Shown piece by piece: positions 14,954 to 25,773 of a stretch of 38,717 nucleotides of DNA; the first letter of the stretch is position 1, and every line of letters starts with the position of its first letter. The position numbers and the translations under genes were made by a program. Source of the stretch: Gemmatimonadales bacterium UBA4720. GTDB lineage: Bacteria > Gemmatimonadota > Gemmatimonadetes > Gemmatimonadales > Gemmatimonadaceae. The notes beneath the pieces are model-generated. The model saw nothing but the letters and a program-made list of their open reading frames with translations, searched no databases and was not told where the DNA came from. The stretch covers positions 22,246-60,962 of the forward strand of contig DHJM01000017.1 in assembly GCA_002404335.1 (NCBI GenBank). The letters run 5' to 3'.

Positions 14954-16441
14954 ATGAAGCGATTTACTTCGTTGCTCGCGGTATGTTCAATGCTCGCCGC
15001 ATGCTCTCCGGACCAGCCATCGCCGATGGCACCGCGAATCTCCGGGCCCGCGTTCGCACTATCCACAGGCGATGCTTCCGATCCGTCGGCAGGCAATTAT
15101 CTCGTCCGCTTCAAGGGTAACGGCATCCCGGCTGATTTTGCGCTGCGAGTGAATGCCGTCGGTGGCCAAGTGATCTTCGCACACGCGGGAGTCGGAATCG
15201 CCGCGGTGAGCGGTCTCGATCAGGCCCGTGCCGACGCGCTTGCCGCATCGCCAAGCATTGCGGCGGTCGATGCCGACGCCTATACGACCGTGGATGAGCC
15301 CGGGACGTTGTCCGATGTCGCTGACCAGGGTGTAGCAAGTCAGAACAATCCGGCGCTCGCTACCGGGTTCGCCAGACAATGGAATCTGCGCGCGATCGGC
15401 GCTCCCGCGGCATGGGCGGCGGGATTCCTGGGAAGTCCGAGCGTACACGTTGGTATCATTGACACTGGAATCGACTATCTGGCTCCCGACCTGTTCAACA
15501 TGGTCGATCTGACGTTGTCGAAGTCGTTCCTCCCGAGCGAAGACGTGAAAGTGCAGACGCTCTTCCCGGGCGCCAACAACATCGCTGACCTCCATTTTCA
15601 TGGAACCAATGTGGCCGCGATTGTTGCGAGCAATGCCTTCTTCCGCGCCGGCGTGACCTCGAAAGTCAAGCTGGTGGGACTCAAGGTATGCACTCCAGGT
15701 AACTCACCGAACTTCCTGGGCTCATGCCCAACGAGTGCGGTGCTCAATGCGATTCTCTACGCTGCAGATCAGGGGCTCGACGTCGCCAATATGAGCCTTG
15801 GTGGCAGCTTCAACCGGCGCGACGGGAGCGCCCGCGGCGGATTCGCACCGTCCTTCATCGCGACGATCAATTCAGTATTCAACTACGCCTACCGCCAGGG
15901 ATTGACCATCGTTGTGGCAGCCGGCAACGGCGATCCGGTGACCGGGATTGGCATAGACCTAGATAACAACGGGAACTCGTACAACGCGTACTGCAATGCA
16001 CCGCACGTCATTTGCGTCTCTGCGACGTCTCCCACCGGCGGTACGCTTGCGGCTCCAGTGAACCAGGACGCGCTTACGAGCTACAGCAATTACGGTCGGT
16101 CTGCGATCACGGTCGCAGCGCCAGGTGGTGATCACGGCTTCTTTGTGGAGGAGGCGTGCTCCGGCTTTACTGTCGTGACGCCGTTCCTTGTCTGCCGGCA
16201 GCGTTTCTTCAACCCGGTCACCGGCCAGGCCCTTCAGTTCTCGCTTGGTGTGGCGGGCACGAGCCAGGCGACGCCGCACGTGACGGGTCTTGCCGCACTC
16301 ATTGCTGGTCAGGTCGGGCACAACCCGTCTCAGATTGCCGCGCGGATCAGCAAATCCGCCGATCAGCTCGGTCTTGGCGGGAATAGCCAGCCGTACGGCG
16401 CCGGTCGCATCAACGTCGCTCGCGCGATGGGTGTGAACTAG
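14954..16441 (+). CDS. S8 (subtilisin-like) serine peptidase, lipoprotein
   Basis: AAGGAG RBS; lipobox MLAAC; triad IIDTGID, HGTNVA, GTSQATPHV; ANMSLGG; VVAAGN. Confidence 0.92.
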   Translation: MKRFTSLLAVCSMLAACSPDQPSPMAPRISGPAFALSTGDASDPSAGNYLVRFKGNGIPADFALRVNAVGGQVIFAHAGVGIAAVSGLDQARADALAASPSIAAVDADAYTTVDEPGTLSDVADQGVASQNNPALATGFARQWNLRAIGAPAAWAAGFLGSPSVHVGIIDTGIDYLAPDLFNMVDLTLSKSFLPSEDVKVQTLFPGANNIADLHFHGTNVAAIVASNAFFRAGVTSKVKLVGLKVCTPGNSPNFLGSCPTSAVLNAILYAADQGLDVANMSLGGSFNRRDGSARGGFAPSFIATINSVFNYAYRQGLTIVVAAGNGDPVTGIGIDLDNNGNSYNAYCNAPHVICVSATSPTGGTLAAPVNQDALTSYSNYGRSAITVAAPGGDHGFFVEEACSGFTVVTPFLVCRQRFFNPVTGQALQFSLGVAGTSQATPHVTGLAALIAGQVGHNPSQIAARISKSADQLGLGGNSQPYGAGRINVARAMGVN

Positions 16442-16471
16442 AGACAAGCAGCTTTTGCAGAGCCGCATGGA

Positions 16472-16515
16472 AAACGGCGGGGCGAGAGTCAATCTCGCTC
16501 CGCCGTTTGCCTTTC
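16472..16515 (+). terminator. Intrinsic terminator after the S8 gene
   Basis: AAACGGCGGGGCGAGA-GTCAA-TCTCGCTCCGCCGTTT. Confidence 0.75.
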
Positions 16516-16601
16516 GGGGTATCAAATGCGCAAGCCGCTCGATCGAAGCTTCTGCGATCGTGATTTCATCGGTTTTGGCTGCTCCGCATTACATTTCCCG
16601 C

Positions 16602-17102
16602 ATGGCACAACAGGCTTCGTTCGACGTGACAACCGGGGTCGACCTCCAGGAGGTCGATAATGCGGTAAACCAGGCGCAGAAGGAGATCTCGCAGCGCTAC
16701 GACTTCAAGGGATCACCCGCGACCATCGAGCTCAATCGCACTGAGGGGAAGATCGCCCTCATGGCCGAGAACGATTACAAGATGCAGGCGCTCTGGGACG
16801 CGCTTCAGACCAAGCTCATAAAGCGGGGCGTCTCCGTGAAGAACCTCGATCCCGGTGAGATCAAACCCGCCGGCGGCGACACCGTGCGCCGTGATATCGC
16901 CCTCAAGCTGGCGCTCGACGGCGACACTGCGAAGAAAGTCGCGGCGGCCATCAAGGACGCCAAGCTCAAGAAAGTCCAGGCAGCGATTCAGGGTGACCAG
17001 GTACGTGTTACCTCTCCGTCGCGCGACGATCTGCAGGAAGCGATGACGCTTCTGCGAGGCAAGGACTTTGGCGTCGAGCTCAAGTTCGGGAACTACCGTT
17101 GA
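16602..17102 (+). CDS. yajQ: YajQ family cyclic-di-GMP-binding protein
   Basis: SFDVTTGVDLQEVDNAVNQA.KEI..RYDFKG, KVQAAIQGDQVRVT, FGNYR. Confidence 0.93.
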   Translation: MAQQASFDVTTGVDLQEVDNAVNQAQKEISQRYDFKGSPATIELNRTEGKIALMAENDYKMQALWDALQTKLIKRGVSVKNLDPGEIKPAGGDTVRRDIALKLALDGDTAKKVAAAIKDAKLKKVQAAIQGDQVRVTSPSRDDLQEAMTLLRGKDFGVELKFGNYR

Positions 17103-17127
17103 CGCCGCGCGCGCTCGGCGCCCTGGA

Positions 17128-18519
17128 ATGAAAGTAGGCATCATCACACTCGGCTGCGACAAGAACACCGTCGACAGCGAGCGATACCTCGCGCAGCTGT
17201 CGGACTACTCCGCCGAATACACCGCGGAGCTCGCCGAAGCAGAAGTCATCATCGTCAATACGTGCGGCTTCATCGACGCCGCCAAGAAGGAATCGGTCGA
17301 CGCGATGATCGAAGCCGCGCGTTTCAAGACGACGGGACGCTGCCAGGCCGTCGTTGCCGTCGGCTGCATGATCGAGCGCCACAAGAGCGAGCTGATCGAG
17401 GCCGTCCCCGAGGTCGATCTCTTCCTCGGCTCCTCCGAGATGCAGAGGCTCGTCCCGGAGCTCAACGAGCGCGGATTGCTGGGTGAGGCGAGCGAGAACC
17501 TGCACCCGGGTGTTCGGCTCTACACCGGCGACCTTCCGCACGTCCGCTACATGAAGATCAGCGAAGGCTGCGACCACGGCTGCGCCTTCTGCGCCATTCC
17601 CCTCATGCGCGGAAAGCACCGATCGTTCGCACTCGACGAGGTCGTGCGCGAGGCGCAGCTGCTCGAGCTGGAGGGCGCGCGAGAGATCAATCTCGTGGCC
17701 CAGGATCTCGCGCACTACGGACGCGACCGCCGCGACGGAGTCCAACTTCCCGAGCTGCTCGAAGCGCTGATCGCCGAGACGTCGATACCGTGGATTCGCA
17801 TGCTCTATCTGTATTCCGCTGGGATCACCGACCGTCTTCTCGAGGTGGTCGCGCGCCAAAGTCGCGTCCTGCCGTACCTCGACATGCCGATTCAACATGG
17901 GTCGGATCTGGTCCTCGCGCGCATGCGGCGTCCGGAAAGGAAGCGCACCATCCGCGAGCGCGTGAAGAAGTTCCGCGATGCAGTGCCCGATGTCGCGATC
18001 CGGACGACGTGCATCGTCGGTTTTCCCAGCGAGACCGAGGACCAATTCGAGGAGCTGCTCGGGTTTCTGGAGGAGATACAGTTCGAGCGGGTTGGCGCGT
18101 TCACGTACTCGCCACAGGAAGGCACCCGGGCCGCGCAGTACCCGGACGACGTGCACGAGACGGTAAAACGTGAGCGGTTGGAAAGACTGACCGAGCTTCA
18201 ACGCGCGATTACGGGCGAGAAATACGAGTCTCGCATTGGCCGCACGGCGCTGGCACTCGTTGATCGAAGCGATGCAAAGCGCGGCACATCGCAGGCACGG
18301 CTCCCGTGGCAGGCCGACGACATTGACGGCGTGACGCAGCTGGACGAGGCGCTGCCGCCGGGCACAATCGCCGAAGTAGCAGTGGAGGAGGTTGTGGACG
18401 ACTACGACTTTCAGGCGTCGGTGATTCGCATCGCTCTGCCGGCCGGAGCTCCACGAGAGCGTCGCGTCTCTCGCCAGCTTCCAATCCAGCAGGTGACGAT
18501 CGGAAGCTACGGCCGCTAG
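17128..18519 (+). CDS. rimO: Ribosomal protein S12 methylthiotransferase
   Basis: [26 protein letters not shown], radical-SAM [24 protein letters not shown]. Confidence 0.95.
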   Translation: MKVGIITLGCDKNTVDSERYLAQLSDYSAEYTAELAEAEVIIVNTCGFIDAAKKESVDAMIEAARFKTTGRCQAVVAVGCMIERHKSELIEAVPEVDLFLGSSEMQRLVPELNERGLLGEASENLHPGVRLYTGDLPHVRYMKISEGCDHGCAFCAIPLMRGKHRSFALDEVVREAQLLELEGAREINLVAQDLAHYGRDRRDGVQLPELLEALIAETSIPWIRMLYLYSAGITDRLLEVVARQSRVLPYLDMPIQHGSDLVLARMRRPERKRTIRERVKKFRDAVPDVAIRTTCIVGFPSETEDQFEELLGFLEEIQFERVGAFTYSPQEGTRAAQYPDDVHETVKRERLERLTELQRAITGEKYESRIGRTALALVDRSDAKRGTSQARLPWQADDIDGVTQLDEALPPGTIAEVAVEEVVDDYDFQASVIRIALPAGAPRERRVSRQLPIQQVTIGSYGR

Positions 18520-18520
18520 C

Positions 18521-19798
18521 GTGCGATCCGCCGAGATCATGGCGCGCGCGCGCGAACTCTTTCCTGGTGGGGTGAATTCCCCCGTGCGGGCATTTCGAGG
18601 GGTTGGCGGAGATCCTGTTGTGGCAGCGCGTGGCGAGGGTGCGCGGATCTGGGACGTCGATGGCAAGGAATACATCGATTTCGTTCTATCGTGGGGGCCA
18701 CTCGTGTTGGGGCACGCTCCGCCGATTGTCATCGACGCCCTCGCGACCGCGATGCAGAACGGAACCAGCTTCGGAATGCCAATCGAGCTCGAGGTTCAGC
18801 TGGGCGAGATGATCCGTCAGAGGATGCCGCACGTGGAGATGATGCGTTTCGTCTCCAGTGGCACCGAGGCGACGATGAGCGCAGTGAGACTCGCGCGCGC
18901 TTTCACAGGCCGGGACGCCATCCTAAAGTTCGACGGCTGTTATCACGGACACGCTGATTCGTTCCTAGTTCACGCGGGCTCTGGGGTCGCCACGTTGGGC
19001 CTGCCCGACTCGCCCGGTGTGCCAGCCGAACTCGCCGCGTTAACGCTCACGGCCCCGTTCAATGATCTCGATGCTGCCGAGCGGCTCGTGCGAGATAGCA
19101 AGCGCGGAGTGGCGGCCATTATCGTCGAGCCGATCGTCGGCAACTCGGGATTCATTCCTCCCGATCCGGGTTTCCTGCAAGGACTGCGAACGCTGGCCGA
19201 CAGTTCGGGCGCGCTCCTCATTTTCGACGAAGTCATGACCGGGTTCCGAATTGCGCCGGGCGGCGCAAAGGAGCGCTTCGGAGTGACCGCCGATCTTACG
19301 ACGCTCGGGAAAGTAATCGGTGGGGGGTTGCCGGTCGCGGCATACGGAGGACGACGGGACATCATGGAACGGGTCGCGCCATCCGGTCCCGTCTATCAGG
19401 CCGGAACGCTCTCGGGAAACCCGCTCGCCATGGCCGCGGGCATCGCGACTCTCACTGCGCTGACACCCGCTCTCCACGCCAGAATAGAGAAACGGACCAC
19501 CGCGCTGGTCGAAGGTTTGCAAAAGATCGCGTCTGGTCTTGGCGTTCCGTTCACGGTCGGGAGTGCCGGATCGATGTGGGGATTCTTTTTCAGCTACGGT
19601 CCCGTTCGTAATTTCACAGACGCGAAAGCATCGGACGTGAATCTCTTTCGGCGTTTCTTTCACGCGGCGCTGGAGCGGGGAGTTTATCTGGCGCCATCAG
19701 CATTCGAAGCATGCTTCATGTCAGCGGCACACGGCGACGCTGAGATTGCGAGCGCGCTCGAGAAGATGGCTGTCGCATTGGAGGAAGCCGTTGCGTAG
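18521..19798 (+). CDS. hemL: Glutamate-1-semialdehyde 2,1-aminomutase
   Basis: [55 protein letters not shown]. Confidence 0.97.
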   Translation: MRSAEIMARARELFPGGVNSPVRAFRGVGGDPVVAARGEGARIWDVDGKEYIDFVLSWGPLVLGHAPPIVIDALATAMQNGTSFGMPIELEVQLGEMIRQRMPHVEMMRFVSSGTEATMSAVRLARAFTGRDAILKFDGCYHGHADSFLVHAGSGVATLGLPDSPGVPAELAALTLTAPFNDLDAAERLVRDSKRGVAAIIVEPIVGNSGFIPPDPGFLQGLRTLADSSGALLIFDEVMTGFRIAPGGAKERFGVTADLTTLGKVIGGGLPVAAYGGRRDIMERVAPSGPVYQAGTLSGNPLAMAAGIATLTALTPALHARIEKRTTALVEGLQKIASGLGVPFTVGSAGSMWGFFFSYGPVRNFTDAKASDVNLFRRFFHAALERGVYLAPSAFEACFMSAAHGDAEIASALEKMAVALEEAVA

Positions 19799-21116
19799 AC
19801 CTCGTTGGAGAATTCCTTCGCGGACCTGGATCGTGATCACGGGCGTGCTCGGAGTTGCAGCGTGTGTCTCGCTGTCGTCTCCTCCTGGTCGTGGAGCTGG
19901 GAACGTTCCCGTCGTGCGCGGAACCTACAAGAGCGGCGCCCAACAGCAGGTTCGGATTGCTATGACCCCCGCCGCGTCTGGTGCTCACATGGGAGCAACC
20001 GGCGATTGGGGCCTTTTCAAGCCTGACGGGGGAGCTCCGATCGCGCGGTTTCAGCGGGACCAGGAGCTGAGTCCAAGGATCTTCCAAGACTGCAATTCCG
20101 CAGGCTTCTGCACTTCGTACGTTGCCGTGACGCCCGAAGTTAGCCTCGGGAATAGCACCGGTCCCGTCGTCGCGCGTCCTCTGACGAGCGACGCCTTCGT
20201 TACATGGGATGGAAAGCGATACCGGGGCGAGCTCGTGATCAGCGCGGGCGACTCCGGCATCCTTGTCGTCAACCGACTATCGATGGATTCCTATCTCCGC
20301 GGAGTGGTTCCGCTCGAAATCGGCAATCGAACGGCGGCCGAGTTTGCGGCGGTGCAGGCCCAAGCCGTAGCGGCGCGAACGTACGCGTACAAACACCTCA
20401 CGAGCTCACGCGCGTTCGATATGTACGCAACGGTTCAGGACCAGGTCTACGGTGGTGTCGACGCCGAGAAGCCACAATCGGACTCGGCCATCGCAACAAC
20501 CGCCGATGTTGTTGTTCTCTACAACGGTCAGCCGATCACCACTCCGTACCACTCCACCTGCGGCGGCAGTACCGCGGCCGTAAGCGAGGTATGGTACGAC
20601 CAGCCGGACCAGCCGTATCTTCGTCCCGTGAGCGACCGCATTCCGGGATCGGACAACTACTACTGCGATCCATCCCCCCGATTCAGCTGGACCCAGAGCT
20701 ACGATGGCGCGGGCCTGCGCGCAGTGATGGAGAAATACCTCGCGTCCTATTCCAAGGCGCCGAAAAACGGCGTGGGTAAGATCACCGACATCAGGGAGCA
20801 GGGGCGGACGCCTTCGGGCAGAGTCGCCGCGCTCATCGTGCAGACAGGAACGGGGAATTATACTCTTCGTGGCAACGACATCCGATTCGTGCTGAGAGAT
20901 CCCAAAGGCGCCATCCTCAACAGTACTTCCTTCACTTTTGCGAAGGAGACGAGCGGCGGGGAAATCTCCACCTTCACCGTGAACGGCCGAGGTTACGGCC
21001 ACGGAATCGGGATGTGCCAGTGGGGCGCCATCGGACGCGCGCGTGCCGGCCAGAATTATCGTACGATTCTAGAAACCTATTATCCAGGAACGACGATTGG
21101 CCGAATCGCCGGTTAG
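19791..21116 (+). CDS. SpoIID/LytB-domain lytic transglycosylase
   Basis: [59 protein letters not shown] 19791 follows GGAGGA. Confidence 0.9.
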   Translation: MRRPRWRIPSRTWIVITGVLGVAACVSLSSPPGRGAGNVPVVRGTYKSGAQQQVRIAMTPAASGAHMGATGDWGLFKPDGGAPIARFQRDQELSPRIFQDCNSAGFCTSYVAVTPEVSLGNSTGPVVARPLTSDAFVTWDGKRYRGELVISAGDSGILVVNRLSMDSYLRGVVPLEIGNRTAAEFAAVQAQAVAARTYAYKHLTSSRAFDMYATVQDQVYGGVDAEKPQSDSAIATTADVVVLYNGQPITTPYHSTCGGSTAAVSEVWYDQPDQPYLRPVSDRIPGSDNYYCDPSPRFSWTQSYDGAGLRAVMEKYLASYSKAPKNGVGKITDIREQGRTPSGRVAALIVQTGTGNYTLRGNDIRFVLRDPKGAILNSTSFTFAKETSGGEISTFTVNGRGYGHGIGMCQWGAIGRARAGQNYRTILETYYPGTTIGRIAG

Positions 21117-22137
21117 CACCAAAGAACTGAAAGCGAAGGGTCCTGTCCGCCTCGGCCTTGTCGGAGCAGGCGCAATTGCGCAGTTGGCGCACCTTCCTGT
21201 GCTGTCCAAGCTCAAGGGCGCGGAGCTCGTTGCGCTCTGCGACAACGACGGACCCAAGGCGAGCGCGATCGCCGAGCGCCTGAAGATTCCCGATGTGTTC
21301 ACCGACATCGAGGATCTGCTGGAGCTCGATCAGGTCGATGCGGTCGTCATCGCCACGCCCAATCACTTGCACGAGCCGCACGTTCTGCGCGCGCTCAAGT
21401 CCAAGGTGGACGTGTTGTGCGAGCGGCCGCTCTCGCTGACGTCGCGCGGCGTCGAGCGCATTCTCGCTGCCGCGAAGCAGGCCGGGAAAAAAGTCGTAGT
21501 GGGCAACAATCATCGTTTTCGGAGTGATGTGCAGCAGCTCTATCGCTTCCTCCAGGGCGGGGAGCTGGGACGCCTCTTCGGTGTGAGGGCGGGGCAATAT
21601 CAGTTCGCGACGAGCCGGACGGGTTGGCGATTCAGGCGACCCGAAGCGGGCGGCGGAGCGTTCTTCGAGCACGGTTATCCGCTGGTGGATCTCGCGCTCT
21701 GGGTCGCCGATTTTCCGGAGCCAGTTCGAGTGACCGCGCACATGGATCGAGCCCGTGGAGCGGCCACCGTGGAAGACTCGATGATAGTGCATGTCGAGTG
21801 CGCGGGCGGGATGAGCTTCAGCTTCGACGTCTCATGGTCCTATGTCGGACAGGAAGAGCGCTGGTGGTTCGAGGCGCTCACGAGTCGTGGGAGCGCCCGT
21901 CTCGCTCCGCTCCGCGTGGTGAAGATGCTGAATGGCAAGCCGACCGACGTGTCGCCGAGCGGCGCGGCCGCGCGCGAGAGCGTGTTCCTGCAATCGTATC
22001 GGGCTGAGCTCGCGCACTTCATCGCGGTCGTCAACGAGACGACTCCCTACGACCCGCCCGAGGATGCGCTCATCGTGATCAAGCTGATGGAGGCGATCTA
22101 CAAGGCGGCGGAAGAGGGGAAGGAAGTCCGCCTGTAG
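21097..22137 (+). CDS. Gfo/Idh/MocA family oxidoreductase
   Basis: GLVGAGAIA, DAVVIATPNHLH, VLCERP, NHRF, AGGGA. Confidence 0.9.
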   Translation: MAESPVSTKELKAKGPVRLGLVGAGAIAQLAHLPVLSKLKGAELVALCDNDGPKASAIAERLKIPDVFTDIEDLLELDQVDAVVIATPNHLHEPHVLRALKSKVDVLCERPLSLTSRGVERILAAAKQAGKKVVVGNNHRFRSDVQQLYRFLQGGELGRLFGVRAGQYQFATSRTGWRFRRPEAGGGAFFEHGYPLVDLALWVADFPEPVRVTAHMDRARGAATVEDSMIVHVECAGGMSFSFDVSWSYVGQEERWWFEALTSRGSARLAPLRVVKMLNGKPTDVSPSGAAARESVFLQSYRAELAHFIAVVNETTPYDPPEDALIVIKLMEAIYKAAEEGKEVRL

Positions 22138-23402
22138 GCAGTGAGGCGGAAGACCGTCCACCACACGGCCAGGTTGATCGGAAGCGCGAGGGCGATGATC
22201 TCTCCGTTCTTCTCACTGAAGAATGGAATTCCCTGGGCAACGAATCCGAACAGGCAGAGCAACGCGATGAACCCCGCGAGCTTTATCGCTCTATTGACGC
22301 CGCGCAGTCCGTAAATCGAGAGCGGAACCAGCACGACCAGCGCGATCGACAGCGGATCGAAATGCATCAGGTTCTCGTTCCGGCCCATGAAGTAGTGCTT
22401 GGTGAAAAGCCAGGCAAACAAGAGCGCGAGCCCGCCGAGGCCGGCGATGAGACTCCACAACGTCGCCAGAGCGGTCGCGGCAAACATCGCGATTCTGGAT
22501 CCGCCCTCCGCGGTTCTCACCAGAATTACCAGCGTAGCGGCGAAGATGATTCCGACAGCGACGAACAGCGGGAAATAGAAGGGAGTCGTCGCCGGCTCCG
22601 GCGGACGGCCAGCGGTGTACATCGCCATCTCCGATCGAACGAGCGGAATCTGCGCGCCCGTGCTGTCGGCGATGCTGACTGTGCGCAGATCATTCGCCAT
22701 GCGCACCGGCAGAAACATCTCCTCCCATATGGAGAGCGGCTTGTCGGCGCGAGCCGAGAGCGCGAAGGTGACGCCCGTGTAGAGGGGGATGTCGCCCGTC
22801 ATCAGTCGCTGTGTGTGCCAGCGATAGGTTCCCGATGTCATTCGCGACACCGTGGATGTCTGGAGCTGCCCGCTCAGCGCGTGATCGATTGCGTCGCGAA
22901 GGCGGGTCGAGCAGTTGTCGCGATAGTAGTCGTAGCGATAGAACTTGTTCTCTGGAAGCGCGTTCCACTGGACGAACTGCTGCAGCTTGAGCCGCTGGGC
23001 GGGAGTGAGGTTGAGCTCCTGCGCGAGGACCGAGCGATTCTCGCGCTTGTACTCCGCCAGCATGACGTCGAGAGAGAACGCCTCCATCCAGTAGCGCGTG
23101 TCGCCGGTTACGAACCGCCAGACGAAACGCGGCTGCCTGAAGTCGAACATGCCCCAGTTGTACGTAATATCGGTTCCGTGCGCGCGGTCCTTGATCCAGA
23201 TCGCGTTGTGTCCGAAGCGCTCCCATGAGACCTCGCCCCAGCCGAACGTGAGCAGGTAGACGGTGAGGTTGGAGCCCGGCTCGGTCGAAGGAGCCGTTGC
23301 GGTAGGGGATGGAACTGTCGTGGGTTGCGTCGCCTGCGCATAGAGGGACACGCCGAATGCGCTCGCAAGAGACAGCGAGGCGATGAACGTTCGTGCTTTC
23401 AT
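22098..23402 (-). CDS. DUF4105 (Lnb-like) membrane protein
   Basis: Signal peptide MKARTFIASLSLASAFGVSLYAQ; FGHNAIWI, YNWGMFDF, YRYDYYRDNCSTRLRD, MFLP; about five C-terminal TMs. Convergent 40-bp overlap with the oxidoreductase gene. Confidence 0.85.
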   Translation of the reverse strand: MKARTFIASLSLASAFGVSLYAQATQPTTVPSPTATAPSTEPGSNLTVYLLTFGWGEVSWERFGHNAIWIKDRAHGTDITYNWGMFDFRQPRFVWRFVTGDTRYWMEAFSLDVMLAEYKRENRSVLAQELNLTPAQRLKLQQFVQWNALPENKFYRYDYYRDNCSTRLRDAIDHALSGQLQTSTVSRMTSGTYRWHTQRLMTGDIPLYTGVTFALSARADKPLSIWEEMFLPVRMANDLRTVSIADSTGAQIPLVRSEMAMYTAGRPPEPATTPFYFPLFVAVGIIFAATLVILVRTAEGGSRIAMFAATALATLWSLIAGLGGLALLFAWLFTKHYFMGRNENLMHFDPLSIALVVLVPLSIYGLRGVNRAIKLAGFIALLCLFGFVAQGIPFFSEKNGEIIALALPINLAVWWTVFRLTAYRRTSFPSSAAL

Positions 23403-23504
23403 TGGTGTAAGATGCACCTCGACCGGCATTCCTACGAGGTCAGGCAAGATCAGCTTCGGTTCGAGGCGTTCGGAGCCAGCCCAGGCCATCGAACACTTGC
23501 TAAC

Positions 23505-23533
23505 TTGTTTGAGGAGTCCGGTTTAGCTATAAT
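23505..23533 (+). promoter_or_regulatory. Sigma-70 promoter of the rpmE operon
   Basis: TTGTTT(23505-10)-N17-TATAAT(23528-33), 35 nt upstream of the rpmE ATG. Confidence 0.7.
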
Positions 23534-23568
23534 TCATAGTTACCCACGAAAACCTCCGAGACAGTCCC

Positions 23569-23796
23569 ATGAAGCCCGATATTCATCCAGTTTACGCCAC
23601 CGCCACCGTCCGGTGCGCCTGCGGCAATACATTCCAGACCCGCTCCACCCAGGCAGACATCCACACGGATATCTGCGCCAACTGCCACCCCTTCTTCACG
23701 GGCAAGCAGAAGCTCGTCGATACCGCGGGACGCGTCGAGCGCTTCCGTCAGAAGTACGGCAAGTCTGCGGCGGCTGCGCCTAGCACCGAAACCTGA
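23569..23796 (+). CDS. rpmE: 50S ribosomal protein L31 (Zn-binding type)
   Basis: [34 protein letters not shown]. Confidence 0.97.
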   Translation: MKPDIHPVYATATVRCACGNTFQTRSTQADIHTDICANCHPFFTGKQKLVDTAGRVERFRQKYGKSAAAAPSTET

Positions 23797-24857
23797 GTCT
23801 CCGCGACCGGCTCAGGGACGCCATTGAGCGTGCCTCTGAGGTAGAGCGAGAGCTCTCCGATCCGAAGACTGTAAGGGACCAGCAGCGCATGGCTGCGTTG
23901 GGCCGGGAGCACCACCATCTCCAGGCGCTCGTCGACATGGGGAATAAGCTCCAGAGACTCGAGCAGGAGCTCGCGGAAACGCGAGAGCTCGCCGACTCTG
24001 ATGACCCGGAGATGGCAACGGAAGCAAAGGCCGAAGCAGCGCGCCTCGAGACATCGATCGGCGCGCTGCTCCACCGGATAAAACCCGCTCTCCTTCCCCA
24101 TGACCCGCTCGACGATCGCCCCGCGATCGTCGAGATCAGGGGTGGCACCGGCGGCGACGAAGCCGCATTATTCGCGGCCGATCTCCTCCGCATGTACACG
24201 CGCTTCGCCGAAGGCCGGCGTTGGCGCATCGAAGTCATATCGCAATCCGACGGCACCTTGGGCGGTGTGAAGGAAGCGATATTCAAGGTCAAGGGCGAGG
24301 GCGCGTTCGGCGTGATGCGTTGGGAATCCGGAGTCCACCGCGTCCAGCGCGTTCCCGTCACCGAAAGTCAGGGTCGTATTCACACGTCAGCCGCAACCGT
24401 CGCCGTGCTTCCCGAAGCCGAGGAGATCGATCTCAAGATCGAGGACAAGGATCTGCGCATCGATGTCTTCCGTTCCTCCGGCCCCGGCGGGCAGAGCGTG
24501 AACACAACGGACTCCGCAGTCCGCATCACGCACATCCCGAGCGGAATCGTGGTGAGCCAGCAGGACCAGAAGTCCCAGCTGCAGAACAAGCTCAAGGCGA
24601 TGGAAGTCCTGCGCGCGCGTCTTCTGGATTCGAAGATCGCGGAGCAGGAAGCCGCGCGCTCCCGCCTGCGCAAAACCCAGGTCGGCACCGGTGATCGCTC
24701 AGCAAAGATCCGGACGTACAACTATCCGCAGAACCGCGTCACTGACCATCGCATCAACCTGACACTCCACGAGCTGACAAAAGTGCTTGGCGGAGACATC
24801 GATCCGTTCATCGACGCGCTCAAGGTCGCTGACGTGGAGGAAAAACTTGGTGATTAA
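23793..24857 (+). CDS. prfA: Peptide chain release factor 1 (probable CTG start)
   Basis: [29 protein letters not shown] (PxT), [21 protein letters not shown]1-like N-terminal helix extends upstream of ATG 23889 to CTG 23793. Confidence 0.93.
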   Translation: MSLRDRLRDAIERASEVERELSDPKTVRDQQRMAALGREHHHLQALVDMGNKLQRLEQELAETRELADSDDPEMATEAKAEAARLETSIGALLHRIKPALLPHDPLDDRPAIVEIRGGTGGDEAALFAADLLRMYTRFAEGRRWRIEVISQSDGTLGGVKEAIFKVKGEGAFGVMRWESGVHRVQRVPVTESQGRIHTSAATVAVLPEAEEIDLKIEDKDLRIDVFRSSGPGGQSVNTTDSAVRITHIPSGIVVSQQDQKSQLQNKLKAMEVLRARLLDSKIAEQEAARSRLRKTQVGTGDRSAKIRTYNYPQNRVTDHRINLTLHELTKVLGGDIDPFIDALKVADVEEKLGD

Positions 24858-25746
24858 GAGCGGTACGCCATTCTTCCCGACTACGCTGCCGATCGGCACC
24901 ATCGGAGATTTGCTGGCGGGATGCACTGCCATGCTCGAGTCCGAAGGCGTGGTGGACGCGCAGCGCGAGGCGCGCGAGATCGTCGCTGCCGTCCTCGACG
25001 TGCCGAAATTCTGGGCCGCGGCAAATGCCGTCGCCGATGCGTCCCCGCAGGTCGCGCGATCGGTGATTCGTGCTGCGATGAAGCGCGCGGGCGGAATGCC
25101 CCTCGCCTATGCGGTTGGACGCGCGTCATTCAGGCACCTCACGCTCGACGTCGACGAGCGCGTGCTGATCCCGCGCGTCGAAACCGAAGTGCTCGTGGAT
25201 CGCGTGCTCGAGCGCTGCACCCCAAAGACGCGCACCATCGCCGACATCGGAACGGGTTCGGGCGCAATCGCGCTCTCGCTGGCGTTCGAAGCGGAATTCG
25301 AGCGCGTCTTCGCTACCGATGTATCGCTCGATGCAGTCAACGTCGCCGCCGCCAACGCGGCATCGCTTTCCGAGGGACTGAAATCGCCCGTCGAATTCCG
25401 TAACGGGTCGCTGCTTGCCCCTCTCCACGGCGAGAAACTCGATGCGATCGTCTGCAATCCGCCGTACATCAGCTTTGCCGAGATCACCGAGCTGCCCGCG
25501 GATGTTCGCGACTGGGAGCCGAGCCTGGCGCTCCTGTGCGGGCAGGACGGATTGTCGGTTACCAGAGAGCTTGTCGCTCAGGCGCCGGACGCGCTCGTGC
25601 GCGGTGGATTCCTTGCGCTCGAGGTCGATACGGTGCGCGCGGGAACAGTCGCAGAAATGATTGCGGTTGATGGGCGATATTCCGAAATCGAAGTTCTGCT
25701 CGACTTCACCGGCCGCGAGCGCTTCGTCTTCGCGCGGCGCGTCTAG
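24847..25746 (+). CDS. prmC: Release factor glutamine methyltransferase
   Basis: [36 protein letters not shown] 24847 or GTG 24850 follows GGAGG. Confidence 0.93.
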   Translation: MVIKSGTPFFPTTLPIGTIGDLLAGCTAMLESEGVVDAQREAREIVAAVLDVPKFWAAANAVADASPQVARSVIRAAMKRAGGMPLAYAVGRASFRHLTLDVDERVLIPRVETEVLVDRVLERCTPKTRTIADIGTGSGAIALSLAFEAEFERVFATDVSLDAVNVAAANAASLSEGLKSPVEFRNGSLLAPLHGEKLDAIVCNPPYISFAEITELPADVRDWEPSLALLCGQDGLSVTRELVAQAPDALVRGGFLALEVDTVRAGTVAEMIAVDGRYSEIEVLLDFTGRERFVFARRV

Positions 25747-25773
25747 CCCCGCGCAGGCCAGAAAGGAGAAACG

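Noticed and set aside
17080-18732. 550-aa antisense ORF (similar ones at 10563-11999, 7467-8735, 9018-9995, 32308-33558, 35830-37452)
   Set aside because: Shadow ORFs opposite well-supported genes, expected in high-GC DNA; no recognisable motifs.
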